Assembly (NCBI RefSeq): GCF_018350175.1
Contig: NC_058368.1
Coordinates: 87,546,001 to 87,610,000, forward strand
Length of the DNA: 64,000 nt
Reading direction: 5' to 3'
From: Felis catus
Lineage: Eukaryota
Made by a program: the position numbers and the translations under genes. Each line of letters begins with the position of its first letter. Position 1 is the first letter of the stretch. Below are positions 35,640 to 46,500 of the stretch, one piece after another. The notes below the pieces were generated by a model, which had not been told where the DNA came from, did no database searches, and worked only from the letters and a program-made list of their open reading frames with translations.

Positions 35640-36400
35640 ATGAAAACCAAGATGGCCAGGTTTTATGATGGTATCTGTTTGTCCTGACAGATAATGCTTA
35701 TGAATCTCTCAAAGATAAATAGCCCTTCTCTATATGGCTGCTACCAGATAAAGTGAAATTTACTATCTTCATGTAAATTTATTAAAGGTTCACAAGTATG
35801 TGATTCTTGTTGATGAGTCAGAAAATCAATCCCAAATATATGAGACCCCAGGAGAGGCCAAAATATGGGTTCTATTCAAGCAACCCAGTAGAATAAAGTC
35901 TTGGATAAATAGGATAATTTTCTCCCATAGTCTTGTTTTGAGCAAAATCCCAATGCATGTAGGTAAACAAATCAGTTACTCGAGGCCTAGGGAATTACCT
36001 CCTCTGTGGTTTCCTGTTTTCCTCAAGGATCCTCTGGGGCACTTGCTGCTGTCATGCATACTTGTAATTATCTATATAACCTCAGAAATCCTGCCTGCAA
36101 GTGGAAACCAAAATATTCAAGTGTCCCAACACCACGCTTCCCTCAGAAAGTAACGAGGAGCATTGCTACTTGGGGAAATATGATGTGATGAGGAAAATCC
36201 ATGGGTGTAGGTACATGAACACAGGTAAAATGGAAATTAAAAAAAAGGCTGATCTGGTTTCCAATAATTATATCTTCTGTTTTGCCCTTCTTCGGGGTAG
36301 TATTTCAGTTAATAGAATCCTTCACAGCAACTTGAGAAGCCAGGGGAGAATATTTAGTTCAATTAACTGTGTGCAACTTTAAGAATATGAGACAAACATT
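35640..36400 (+). promoter_or_regulatory. Candidate OR promoter / 5' non-coding exon region
   Basis: Unique AT-rich DNA 2.4-3 kb upstream of the OR with several O/E-like YCCCNNGR words (e.g. CCCCAGGAG ~35846), a TAATTA site (~36065) and a donor-like CAG|GTAAAA (~36224); inference only. Confidence 0.3.
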
Positions 36401-36416
36401 AAGAATATTTTTACTG

Positions 36417-36569
36417 GGGCACCTGGGTGGCTCAGTCAGTTAAGCGACAGACTCTTGATTTCAGCTCAGGTCATGATCTCACAGTCATGGGATCAAGCCC
36501 TACGTGGGGCTCTGCACTAGGAGTGGAGCCTGCTTGAGATTCTCTCTCTCTTTCTGTCCCTCCCCCACA

Positions 36570-36619
<50 letters not shown>

Positions 36620-36640
36620 AAGAAAATAATAATATAAACA
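36417..36640 (+). mobile_element. Can-SINE with expanded (CT)n
   Basis: Canonical head, (TC)n tract, A-rich tail. Confidence 0.92.
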
Positions 36641-37025
36641 AAATTTTTAGTAAATTACCTCTTAGGTCTGATTCTTTTTTCAATTTCCATATTCTTGTCT
36701 CTAAGAGGTTTGCATACACTCAACCTGAAAATTCAGTAGTCAGCTGATGAGAAGACATAATTTCTGGGTCCCAGAAGTAAACAAACCTAGTAAACATCAA
36801 TGAAGCAGCATTAACAGTAAATCCTCAGTGCATCTTCATGTTTTTAATAGGAATTTATAAACCATCACTGGTGTCACCAGGATACACCACTCAGTAGTGT
36901 TGGTTGGGAGAGTAAATCTCTTAATAGACTTTTCATGTCTCAATCAGAATTTTCCTTTTGAAATTTTTCCTTTACCCTACCTCAATTGCACTTTTCTACA
37001 ATTTTCTTGTAAATCTATGTTTTAT

Positions 37026-37456
37026 TTAAATTTTTTAATGTCTATTTATTTTTGAGAGTGTGAGCAAAGGAGCAGAGAGGGGCACCTGGGTGGCTCAGTC
37101 GGTTAACCGTCTGACTTCGGCTCAGGTCATGATCTCACGGTCCGTGAGTTCGAGCCCCGTGTCAGGCTCTGTGCTGACAGCTCAGAGCCTGGAGCCTGCT
37201 TTGGATTCTGTGTCTCCCTCTCTCTCTGACCCTCCCCGTTCATGCTCTGTCTCTCTCTGTCTCAAAAATAAATAAACATTAATTTTTAAAAAAAAAAAAA
37301 GGAGCAGAGAGAGAGATGGAGACACGGATTTTGAAGCAGGCTCATGGCTCTGAGCTGTCAGCACAGAGCCTGATGCAGGGCTTGAACTCATGAACAATGA
37401 GATCAAAACCTGACCCGAAGTTGGATATTTAACTGACTGAGCCACCCGGGTGCTCC
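37026..37456 (-). mobile_element. Can-SINE interrupted by a second SINE
   Basis: Minus-strand head ends at 37456; body resumes on both sides of the insert. Confidence 0.88.
37079..37300 (+). mobile_element. Young Can-SINE nested in the opposite-strand SINE
   Basis: TSD AAAGGAGCAGAGAG at ~37066 and ~37298. Confidence 0.95.
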
Positions 37457-38093
37457 TAAGTTTATGTTTTATTCATGCCTAGATGCTATCTGAGTAATTA
37501 GTGACATGCTCATAAAAATTTATATAGCATGCTTAGTTTCTTCTAACTTGTTCCAACTTCTTAGAGTAGAAACTTCTCCATTCTCACTTCTGTAAACTTG
37601 TAGAGAGGGTTATCTTCCCTCTTGAATATAGGCATAAAGTGATTACTTGTTTACAGCTCCTAGAACCTGATTTAATAATTTTTTCTGAGTTGATCCTGAT
37701 GTGCTTCATATTGAGCTCCTATGAATAAATCTAAAGGAGAACACACCACTGACTATATCCATTCATCTCTTAATTGATGTGTGATGTTTTAGGAAATGAC
37801 ATCCCAATTCCATTCAAATACAGGGATAATAACAGATTTATTTCATGGCATTCTACTTCATACCCATCTATGATTTCTTCTATGGATTTATGTAACCAGA
37901 TCCACAGGCAAAGGACTGCTAAGTGTTCATGCGTGTACCTGTCGCATACCTAACTATGCATATATTAAATGGCTACCTATGACATTGAATTGTTCACCAT
38001 AGTGAAATTAGTTTGTGATCATAGAATATCCATAGATCTTCATTATTAGGGCTTAACCAAACACGTTAAACAGAAGATTAAAAATTGAATCAT

Positions 38094-38199
38094 GGGGGGC
38101 ACATATGTGGCTCAGTTGGTAGAGCATGAGACTCTAGATCTTCGAGTCATAATTTCAAGCTCCATGTTGGATGTGGAGACTAGTTAATTAAAAAAAAAG
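38094..38199 (+). mobile_element. Short tRNA-Lys-like SINE
   Basis: GGCTCAGTTGGTAGAGCATGAGACTCT tRNA-like body plus poly(A); GAATCA on both flanks. Confidence 0.75.
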
Positions 38200-38349
38200 A
38201 ATCAAATAAGGGGATATCTGAAAACCCAGCACCAAGACCATGAAACTGAGGATGGTGGCCTATGAGTTTTGAGAAACATTTAGCTTATATTAATTGCTTC
38301 CAACCCCTTCTTCACTCCTCATGCTTTCATGATTCACTGTATGCGGAGC

Positions 38350-38665
38350 TTACTTCTCCACACTATTGATGTTGGGATCTTTGTGTGTGACTTTCTTTAG
38401 TTGGTGGAATGTGGTTGGAAATGGTAGAGTCAATCTTGAGCTCAGGCCTCAGTGGAGATCATGTGATTCTACTTGCCCCTGTTTAGCTTTTGCTATTTTC
38501 CTTGAGAAGAGCAAGCTGCAGACTGAGAGACATGTGGTGAAGTATATCTGTACCTGACCTTCAGCCTAAAGCAAAACTGACCCACAGATATGGGGACAAG
38601 AAAACACATTTGTTTTCATAAGCCACTGAAATTTGTAGAGTTTTATTTTATCTTGCATTATTATA
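38350..38665 (+). mobile_element. MaLR (MLT1-like) LTR fragment
   Basis: CCCACAGA...TTTGTTTTCATAAGCCACTGAAATTTG resembles MLT1 3' ends. Confidence 0.55.
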
Positions 38666-38711
38666 TCAATAACTTATCAACAATAAAAAATATTTTGTTA
38701 GGTCCTATAAC

Positions 38712-38759
38712 ATTTCATTTGCTTTTGTTTTTCTTGTCTTCTTCTTTTGGTTCAACTAG
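38712..38759 (+). promoter_or_regulatory. Polypyrimidine tract and 3' splice acceptor before the OR coding exon
   Basis: T/C-rich tract ending in CAACTAG, 13 nt before GCCATGG. Confidence 0.6.
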
Positions 38760-38772
38760 AACAGTCATAGCC

Positions 38773-39720
38773 ATGGAGGGAGAAAATGAGACATTAACAA
38801 CAGATTTTATTCTCTCAGGACTCTTCCCCAATATGAAGTATGTCAGCATACTTATCTACATTATCATCCTGATCTACCTTGCTGCAGTCACTGGGAATAT
38901 CATTCTGTTCTTTCTCATATGGATAGACATGAGGCTCCACACTCCAATGTACTTTCTACTCAGCCAGCTGTCTTTCATAGATCTGGCCCTCATCAACAGC
39001 ACTGTTCCAAAGATGATGATAAACTTTTTCTCTGGAAGAAAAGACATCACACGTCTTGCCTGTGGAATCCAGATATTTTTCTTCTTTACTCTTGGGGGTG
39101 CTGAATCCATCCTCTTGACCCTTATGGCTTATGACCGATATGTAGCTGTCTGTAACCCTTTGAGATACGTAGTCATTATGAACCACAGGGTCTGTCTGCA
39201 AATGACCATAGTGTCTTGGATTGGGGGCATATTAGCTTCCACAGCCCACACATTCTATACCATGAATCTACCTATCTGTGGTTCCAGAGAAATCCACCAT
39301 TTCTTCTGTGAGATGCCAGCAATCATGAAGATCTCATGCAAAGACACTTCCACCTATGAGCTGGTGGTCTTAGCGATGGGCATTGCTTTTATCATTGTCC
39401 CTTTTGGACTTATCATGGCTTCCTACACTTTCATCTTCCTTGCTGTTCTTCATATAAAATCTTCCCATGGCAGGAACAAAGCCTTGGCCACGTGCTCATC
39501 TCATCTTACAGTGGTAAGTTTTTATCTAGGACCATGTGTTTATATGTACATGACACCAGGTTTCTCCCACACTCCTGAGCAAGAACAGGCTGTATCTGTA
39601 TTTTGCACTGTCCTCACACCCATGCTAAATCCACTCATCTACAGCTTGAGAAACAAAGATGTGGTGAGGGCTTTTCAGAAAGTCCTGAGGAAGCATCCAG
39701 TCTCTAAACAGAACACATAA
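38773..39720 (+). CDS. Olfactory receptor, class II, family OR2 (OR2L/2M/2V/2AJ-like clade), 315 aa, intact
   Basis: Kozak GCCATGG; N-glycosylation site NET; GN, LHTPMYFLLSQLS, MAYDRYVAVCNPLRY, HFFCE, SY, KALATCSSHL, PMLNPLIYSLRN motifs; no stops. Confidence 0.97.
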   Translation: MEGENETLTTDFILSGLFPNMKYVSILIYIIILIYLAAVTGNIILFFLIWIDMRLHTPMYFLLSQLSFIDLALINSTVPKMMINFFSGRKDITRLACGIQIFFFFTLGGAESILLTLMAYDRYVAVCNPLRYVVIMNHRVCLQMTIVSWIGGILASTAHTFYTMNLPICGSREIHHFFCEMPAIMKISCKDTSTYELVVLAMGIAFIIVPFGLIMASYTFIFLAVLHIKSSHGRNKALATCSSHLTVVSFYLGPCVYMYMTPGFSHTPEQEQAVSVFCTVLTPMLNPLIYSLRNKDVVRAFQKVLRKHPVSKQNT

Positions 39721-40355
39721 ATATCAAGGTGGAAAATAGCTATCTAGAGTTAAAGGTAAAGACTCTAGAATCATCCACAGTCACATTTTTTGGCATGAAG
39801 AACTTTGCCGTAGCCCTGTTAGCAAATTACCTCATCGATAACTGACAATATTAATTCAATCATAAATACTTTGTTAGAAAGTTTGTCTCAGTTTATGATC
39901 ATTTGTTTCCAAAATTGATTAACTTAACTGCTGTTCTTCATACCAGTTTATAAGCATAAACAAAGTTCCAATCTTCCCTTTTTGGACCTGCAATATTTAG
40001 ACATTTCTCAGTGTTCTTGAGTCTTACCTCTGTTTGTTGTTGGTGGTGATGCAGGTCTTCTTAATTCCTGTTGTTAGAAGTACAAACTTCTTAGGAAAAA
40101 TAAGTGTGACTGATATGTAAAAAGGAATTGATCTTATTAAGAAACACAATAATAATTCTCTTGAATTCTCTGGCAAACTTGACATGTTGGCTCTATTCTC
40201 CCTGCTTGCCTTGTGTATAAATTTTCCCAGTCATTCTCAGATTAGCAAGACTTAGTTTATGTATAGTTCAAAAAGATTCTCCCTTCAGAAATGGATGTAC
40301 CTAGCTTTGAGTAAAAATAATGCCTACCATTAGCAAGTGTAGTGGGTTTTCTCTT

Positions 40356-40566
40356 TTTTTATTTTTATTTTTTAATATTTATTTGTTTGAGAGAGAGAGA
40401 GAATAAGTGGGGGAGGGGCAGAGAGAGAGGGAGACACGAAATCTGAAGCAGTCTCCAGGCTCTAAGCTGTCATCACAGAGCCAGACACAGCGCTCAAACC
40501 CACAAACCCTGAGATCATGACCTAAGCAGAAGTCAGACGCTTAACCAATTGAACCACCCAGGCCCC
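40356..40566 (-). mobile_element. Can-SINE
   Basis: Reverse-complement SINE body and T-rich tail. Confidence 0.9.
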
Positions 40567-40949
40567 ACAAGAGTTTTCTTTTGGTTTAAAGTCTTTGAAA
40601 GCTCTCCTTAGCTCTAGCTTCAGATCCTTCGTCCAGTAAGGGCAGTTGAACTCAAATTAGAGAGTGAAGATAAATGTCTTAAAAAGCTTTACTTACTTGT
40701 CACCTATCCAGAGAAGGTAATCTTTGGCCATGTTATATATTCAACAGACTCTCTGGAATCAGTAAATATTCAGAATTGTCTTTTTCCTTATGGAATACTT
40801 TTAAGCTCTGATGAGACACTGTAATTCATGTATAATAATTGGGTAAGTGGGTCACCTTTGATGCACAGAAATGAAAGCAATTGAAGTATTTTGGGGAATG
40901 TAGGTCTATGTAAAGTAATTGTAAGGTTTACCAAAAAATGGAACAGATT

Positions 40950-41280
40950 GGACCAACAATAAGGTTCAAGTGACCCATAGAGATGAATAAAGTTTTACAG
41001 TTGGTTATATGAATATTAGTGGGGAGTTGCATTGGACTTCTCAAGATGAGACCCATGACTGCATGTGAAAACATGCAAACACAGATTGTTGCATATGACC
41101 AGAGTGGATGATGCTTCTACTGGATAGAACATAGAGATGAGCAGGAAAGCTAATCAGCTGCTACTGAGATGATGGGCTGTGAAGGGACCCATGAAAGGCT
41201 TGTCTCTGATGTTGTGACCATGCAATCTTGGGCAATCCCAACTTTCACATGACAAAAGAGATAAACTTCTGTTAGAATTA
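40950..41280 (-). pseudogene. Possible highly decayed class I-like OR fragment (ECL2-TM7)
   Basis: With frameshifts: CES.GIAKIA..NIR, D..FLLISMFY, GSHL, IHI-x12-LNLIV in the expected order; weak. Confidence 0.25.
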
Positions 41281-42379
41281 TGAGTCCCGATAAGGCCCAA
41301 GTCAAGATTCTCTTGATGTAAACCACGTTTTCTTTAGTGTTCTGTGATTAAAGATATCATTCTGATACTAGCTCATATGAATCATAACAAAAGTTTATGA
41401 GTGAAATCTATTGCAAAATTCATAATTAACAATAACAAGCAAGCCATGGCCCATGGGGAATACAAATTAATTGTAGTATATATTACTTAACACTGCTCAC
41501 CTCATCAAAAACCAGAAAGCACTCTAAAATCTATTGATGGATATAATGTATGGAAAAAGGCATCTTTGTGCTGTGCTGGTATAAATATATACTGCTATGC
41601 ATTTTGGAATACAACTTATTAAAATATATATTTCCTCACATTTTTTTCTCAGGAATTACCCTTTGGAGAATTTTCTGAAATAAATGAAATAAAAAAGTAT
41701 TAATACTTAACATTTGCACATGCGTAATTTTTGTGGTATTGTTTACTCATAGATTGGCAACAACCAGTCTGATAATGGTTGAATAAATTGTGGTACATCC
41801 ATATCATGGGAAAATGCACAGCAATTATAAATAAATAATGAATAAAAGCTATTCAAGATAATTAGAAGGATCTTCAGAAAAAAAATTTGAGGAAGAGCTC
41901 AAGGTTTGAGTGGAGGGGAAAATGCATCATAAAAGCTTGTATTTTGGTGGAATAAAATAAACAATGACCTCAAAGCTGCTATATATGTTTACATTTGTTT
42001 GGTTTTTTTGAGGGAAACATAAACTTTGTTGGAAGAAGTTAGTACTAAGAAAGCTAACAGATGCTCCTCTCAGAGAGCATCCTCTCTAAGTGACAAAAAT
42101 AAAGACTTTAATATATTTAGGGAGATAGAATTGCATTACATCTTAGTGGTTTTGTATTTAAAAATTTAAAATTCCCTAAACTTATTTATCAACTAAACAC
42201 ACATTAGTACCATATAAACATCAGTGGTACAATTTAGCACTCTCAAAGAGATTATGTAATTTAATCCTCAAAATATATTTTTATGATAGGGCAGATGAAG
42301 ATGTACTCTCAGAGATGATTCATTATGGTTAAGTAATTTTGAGGTCTTTTTCTCTTAGATCTCAACTAGATGGAATTTT

Positions 42380-42593
42380 CTTTCTTTCTTTTTTTTTAAT
42401 GCTTATTTATTTTTGAGAGAAACAAAGTGTGAAAAGGGGAGGGGCAAAGAGAGAGGACACACAGAATCCAAAGGAGGTTCCAGGCTCTGAGCTGTCAGCA
42501 TAGAGCCCAATGCAGGGCTCAAACTCCTGAACTGCAAGATCATGACCTGAGCCTAAGTCAGATGCTCAACTGACTGAGACACCCAGGCACCCC
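42380..42593 (-). mobile_element. Can-SINE
   Basis: TSD ~CTAGATG(G/A)AAT on both sides. Confidence 0.9.
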
Positions 42594-42964
42594 TAGATGA
42601 AATATTCAAATAGAAATCCTAGAGAGAAAACTTTCCTAAAAATCAAAATCAAATAAGAAAATAGACAACTCATTTTCTTTGGATTTTTATTTCTAAGCAT
42701 ATAAAAATGTTCAGTAAATGTCAGTGATGATGATTTCTAATGTATAGTTATCTAAAAGGAAGTTATTTTTCTTATAGATATTACCACATGTGGCTCCTTG
42801 TTTTTTGCAGAAGACCCTTTTTTCTACTCCTTATTTTTTTAGTTGATAATGTATATGTTTACATTTGTGTGCAAGTGTATTCAATGAGCTTTACTCTAGT
42901 TTTATTGAGATATAATGGATTAATATTGCCGAAGTTTATTTTTTATTTTTGTTTAACATTTATT

Positions 42965-43171
42965 TATTTTTTAAAAATGATTTTATTATTTATTTTTTGA
43001 GAGACAGAGTGTGAGCGGGGAAGGGACAGAGAGAGAAAGACAGAATCTGAAGGGGGTTCCAGGCTCTGAGCTGTCAGCACAGAGCCTGATGCAGGGCTTG
43101 AACTCATGGGCTGAGAGATCATGACCTGAGCCAAAGTTGGCACTTAACCAACTGAGCCACCCAGGTGCCCC
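42965..43171 (-). mobile_element. Can-SINE inserted in the tail of another SINE
   Basis: TSD TAACATTTATTTATTTTT at ~42954 and 43172. Confidence 0.9.
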
Positions 43172-43378
43172 TAACATTTATTTATTTTTGAGAGAGAGAC
43201 AGAGACAGAGACAGAGAGCAGGGGAAGAGGAGAGAGAGAGGGAGACACAGAATTCGAAGCAGACTCCAGGCTCTGAGCTGTCAGCATAGAGTCCAACATG
43301 GGGTTCCAACCCATGAACTGTGAGATCATGTCCTAAGCTGAATTTGGATGTTTAACCGACTGAGCCATCAGGCACCCC
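43172..43378 (-). mobile_element. Can-SINE (outer element)
   Basis: TSD TTGCC(G/T)AAGTTTA at 42926 and 43383. Confidence 0.9.
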
Positions 43379-43534
43379 AACGTTGCCTAAGTTTAAAGTG
43401 TACAAGACGATTATTTGATGCCTGTATAAATTGCAAAATATTTACCACAGTAAAGCATATTAACGCATATTTAACTTTAAATAATTATTATTTTCTTGTT
43501 GGTGATATGGTGAGAACATTAGAGATTTACTTTC

Positions 43535-46500
43535 TTTTTTAATATGAAAATTATTGTCAAATTGGTTTCTTTTTTTGATATTTTATTTTATTTTTAAATT
43601 TGAATTTTATTTAAAAATTTTAATTTATTTTTATTATTTTTTAAATATGAAATTTATTGGCAAATTGTTTTCTATACAACACCCAGTGTGCATCCCAACA
43701 GGTGCCATCTCTCAATGCCCATCACCCACTATCCCCTCCCTCATCCCCACATCAACCCTCAGTTTATTCTCAGTATTTAAGAGTCCCTTATGGTTTGTCT
43801 CCCTCTCTCTGTAACTTTTTTTTTGTTTTCACCCTTCCCCTCCCCGCTTGTCTTCTGTTGAGTTTCTCAGGATCCACGTATGAGTGAAACATGTGGTATC
43901 TGTCTTTCTCTGCCTGACTTATTTCACTTAGCATAACTCTCTCCAGTTCCATCCACGTTGCAACAAAAGGCCATATTTCATTCTCATTGCCACGTAGTAC
44001 TCCATTGTGTATATAAACCACAATTTCTTTATCCATTCATCACTTGATGGACATTGAGGCTCTTTCCATAATTTGGCTATTGTTGAAAGTGCTGTTATAA
44101 ACATTGGGGTACAAGTGCTCTATGCATCAGCATTCCTGTACCCCTTGGGTAAATTCCTAGCAGTGCTATTGCTGGGTCATAGGGTAGATCTATTTTTAAT
44201 TTTTTGAGGAACCTCAACACTGTTTTCCAGAGCAGCTCGACCAGTTTGCATTCCCACCAACAGTGCAAGAGGGTTCCCATTTCTCCACATCCTCTCCAGT
44301 GTCTATAGCCTCCTAATTTGTTCATGTTAGCCACTCTGACTGGCATGAGGTGGTATCTGAGTGTGGTTTTGATTTGTATTTCCCTGATGAGGAGCGACGT
44401 TGAGAACATTTTCATGTGCCTGTTGGCCATCTGGTTGTCTTCTTTAGAGAACTGTCTGTTCATGTCTTCTGCCCATTTCTTCATTGGATTATTTGTTTTT
44501 CAGGTGTGGAGTTTGGTGAGTTCTTTATAGATTTCGGATACTAGCCCTTTGTCCGATATGTCATTTGCAAATCTCTTTTCCCATTCCGTTGGTTGCTTTT
44601 TAGTTTTGTCGATTATTTCATTAGCAGCGCAGAAGCTTTTTATCTTCATGAGGTCCCAATAGTTCATTTTTGCTTTTAATTCCCTTGCCTTCCCCAAAGG
44701 GAAAAGTAAGAAATTGCTGTGGCTGAGGTCACAGAGGTTTTTTTCCTGCTTTCTCCTCTAGGGTTTTGATGGTTTCCTGTATCACATTCAGGTCCTTCAC
44801 CCATTTTGAGTTTATTTTTGTCAATGGTGTAAGAAAATGGTCTAGTTTCATTCTTCTGCATGTTGCTGTCCAGTTCTCTCAGCACCATTTGTTAAAGAGA
44901 CTGTCTTTTTTCCATTGGATACTCTTTCCTGCATTGTCAAAGATTAGCTGGCCATACTTGTGTGGGTCTAGTTCTGGGGTTTCTATTCTATTCCATTGGT
45001 CTATGTGTCTGTTTTTGTGCCAATACCATGCTGTCTTCATGATTACAGCTTTGTAGTAGAGACTAAGTCTGGGATTGTGATGCCTCCCACTTTGGTCTTC
45101 TTCTTCAATATTACTTTGGCTATTCGGGGCTTTTTGTGGTTCCATACAAATTTTAGGATTGCTTGTTCTGTCTTTGAGAAGAATGCTGGTGCAATTTTGA
45201 TTGGGATTGCATTGAATGTATAGATACCTTTGGGCAGTATTGACATTTTGACAATATTTATTCTTCCAATCCATGAGCACGGGATGTTTTTCCATTTCTT
45301 TGCATCTTTTTCAATTTCCTTCATAAGCTTTCTATACTTTTCAGCATAAAGATCTTTTACATCTTTGGTTAGGTTTATTCCTAGGTATTTTATGCTTCTT
45401 GATGCAATTGTGAATGGGATCAGTTTCTTTATTTGTCTTCTGTTGCTTCATTATTAGTGTATAAGAATGCAACTAATTTCTGTACATTAATTTTGTTTCC
45501 TGCGACTTTGGTGAAATCATGTGTCAGTTCTAGCAGACTTTTGGTGGAGTCTATCGGGTTTTCCATGTATACTATCATGGCATCTGCAAAAAGTGAAAAC
45601 TTGACTTCATCTTTGCTGATTTCAACGCCTTTAATTTCATTTTGTTGTCCGACTACTTATGCTAGAACTTCCAACACTATGTTAAACAACAGTGGTGAGA
45701 GAGAACATCCCTGTCATGTTCCTGATCTCAAGGGAAACCTCTCAGTTTTTCCCCATGGAGGATGATACTAGCTGTGGGCTTTTCATAAATGCCTTTTATG
45801 ATGTTAAATATTTTCCTTTTATCCCAACTTTCTCAAGGATTTTTATTAAGAAAGGATGCTGAATTTTATCAAATGCTTTTTCTGCATCGATTGACAGGAT
45901 CATATGGTTCTTTTCTTTTCTTTTATTAATGTGATGTATCACATTGATTAATTTGTGAATGTTGAACCAGCCCTGCAGCCCAAAAATGAATCCCACTTGA
46001 TCATGGTGAATAATTCTTTTTATAGGCTGTTGAACTCCATTTGCTAGTATCTTGTTGAGAATTTTTGCATCCATATTCATCAGGGATATTGGCCTGTAGT
46101 TCTCTTTTTTTTTTTTTTTTTTTTTTTTGCTGGTCTCTGTCTGGTTTAGGAATCAAAGTAATGCTGGCTTCATAGAATGAGTATGGAAGTTTTCCTTCCC
46201 TTTATATTTCTTGGAATAGCTTGAGAATGATAGGTATTATCTCTGCTTTAAATTCTAGTGGAATTCCCCAGGGAAGCCATCTGGTCCTGGACTCTTCTTT
46301 GTTTGGAAATTTTTTATAACTGATTCAATTTCTTCATTGGTTACGAGTCTGTTCAAATCTTCTATTTCTTCCTGTTTGAGTTTTTTGGAAGTGTGTGGGT
46401 GCTTAGGAATTTGCCCATTTCTTCTAGGTTGCCCAATTTGTTGGCGTATAATTTTTCATAATATTCCCTGATAATTGCTTGTATTTCTGAGGGAGTGGTT

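Larger units (their letters stand above)
42895..43534 (-). mobile_element. Old L1 (L1MA-like) 3' end, host of SINEs and L1#4
   Basis: TTATTGAGATATAA...GTGAGAACATTAGAGATTTACTTTC, continuing at 50515 as ...AAAGCAAATTTCAAG. Confidence 0.7.

Noticed and set aside
38590..38772. 61-aa N-terminal extension of the OR (376-aa ORF)
   Set aside because: Derived from MLT1-like and polypyrimidine-tract sequence; the ATG at 38773 has a Kozak context and gives a normal OR length
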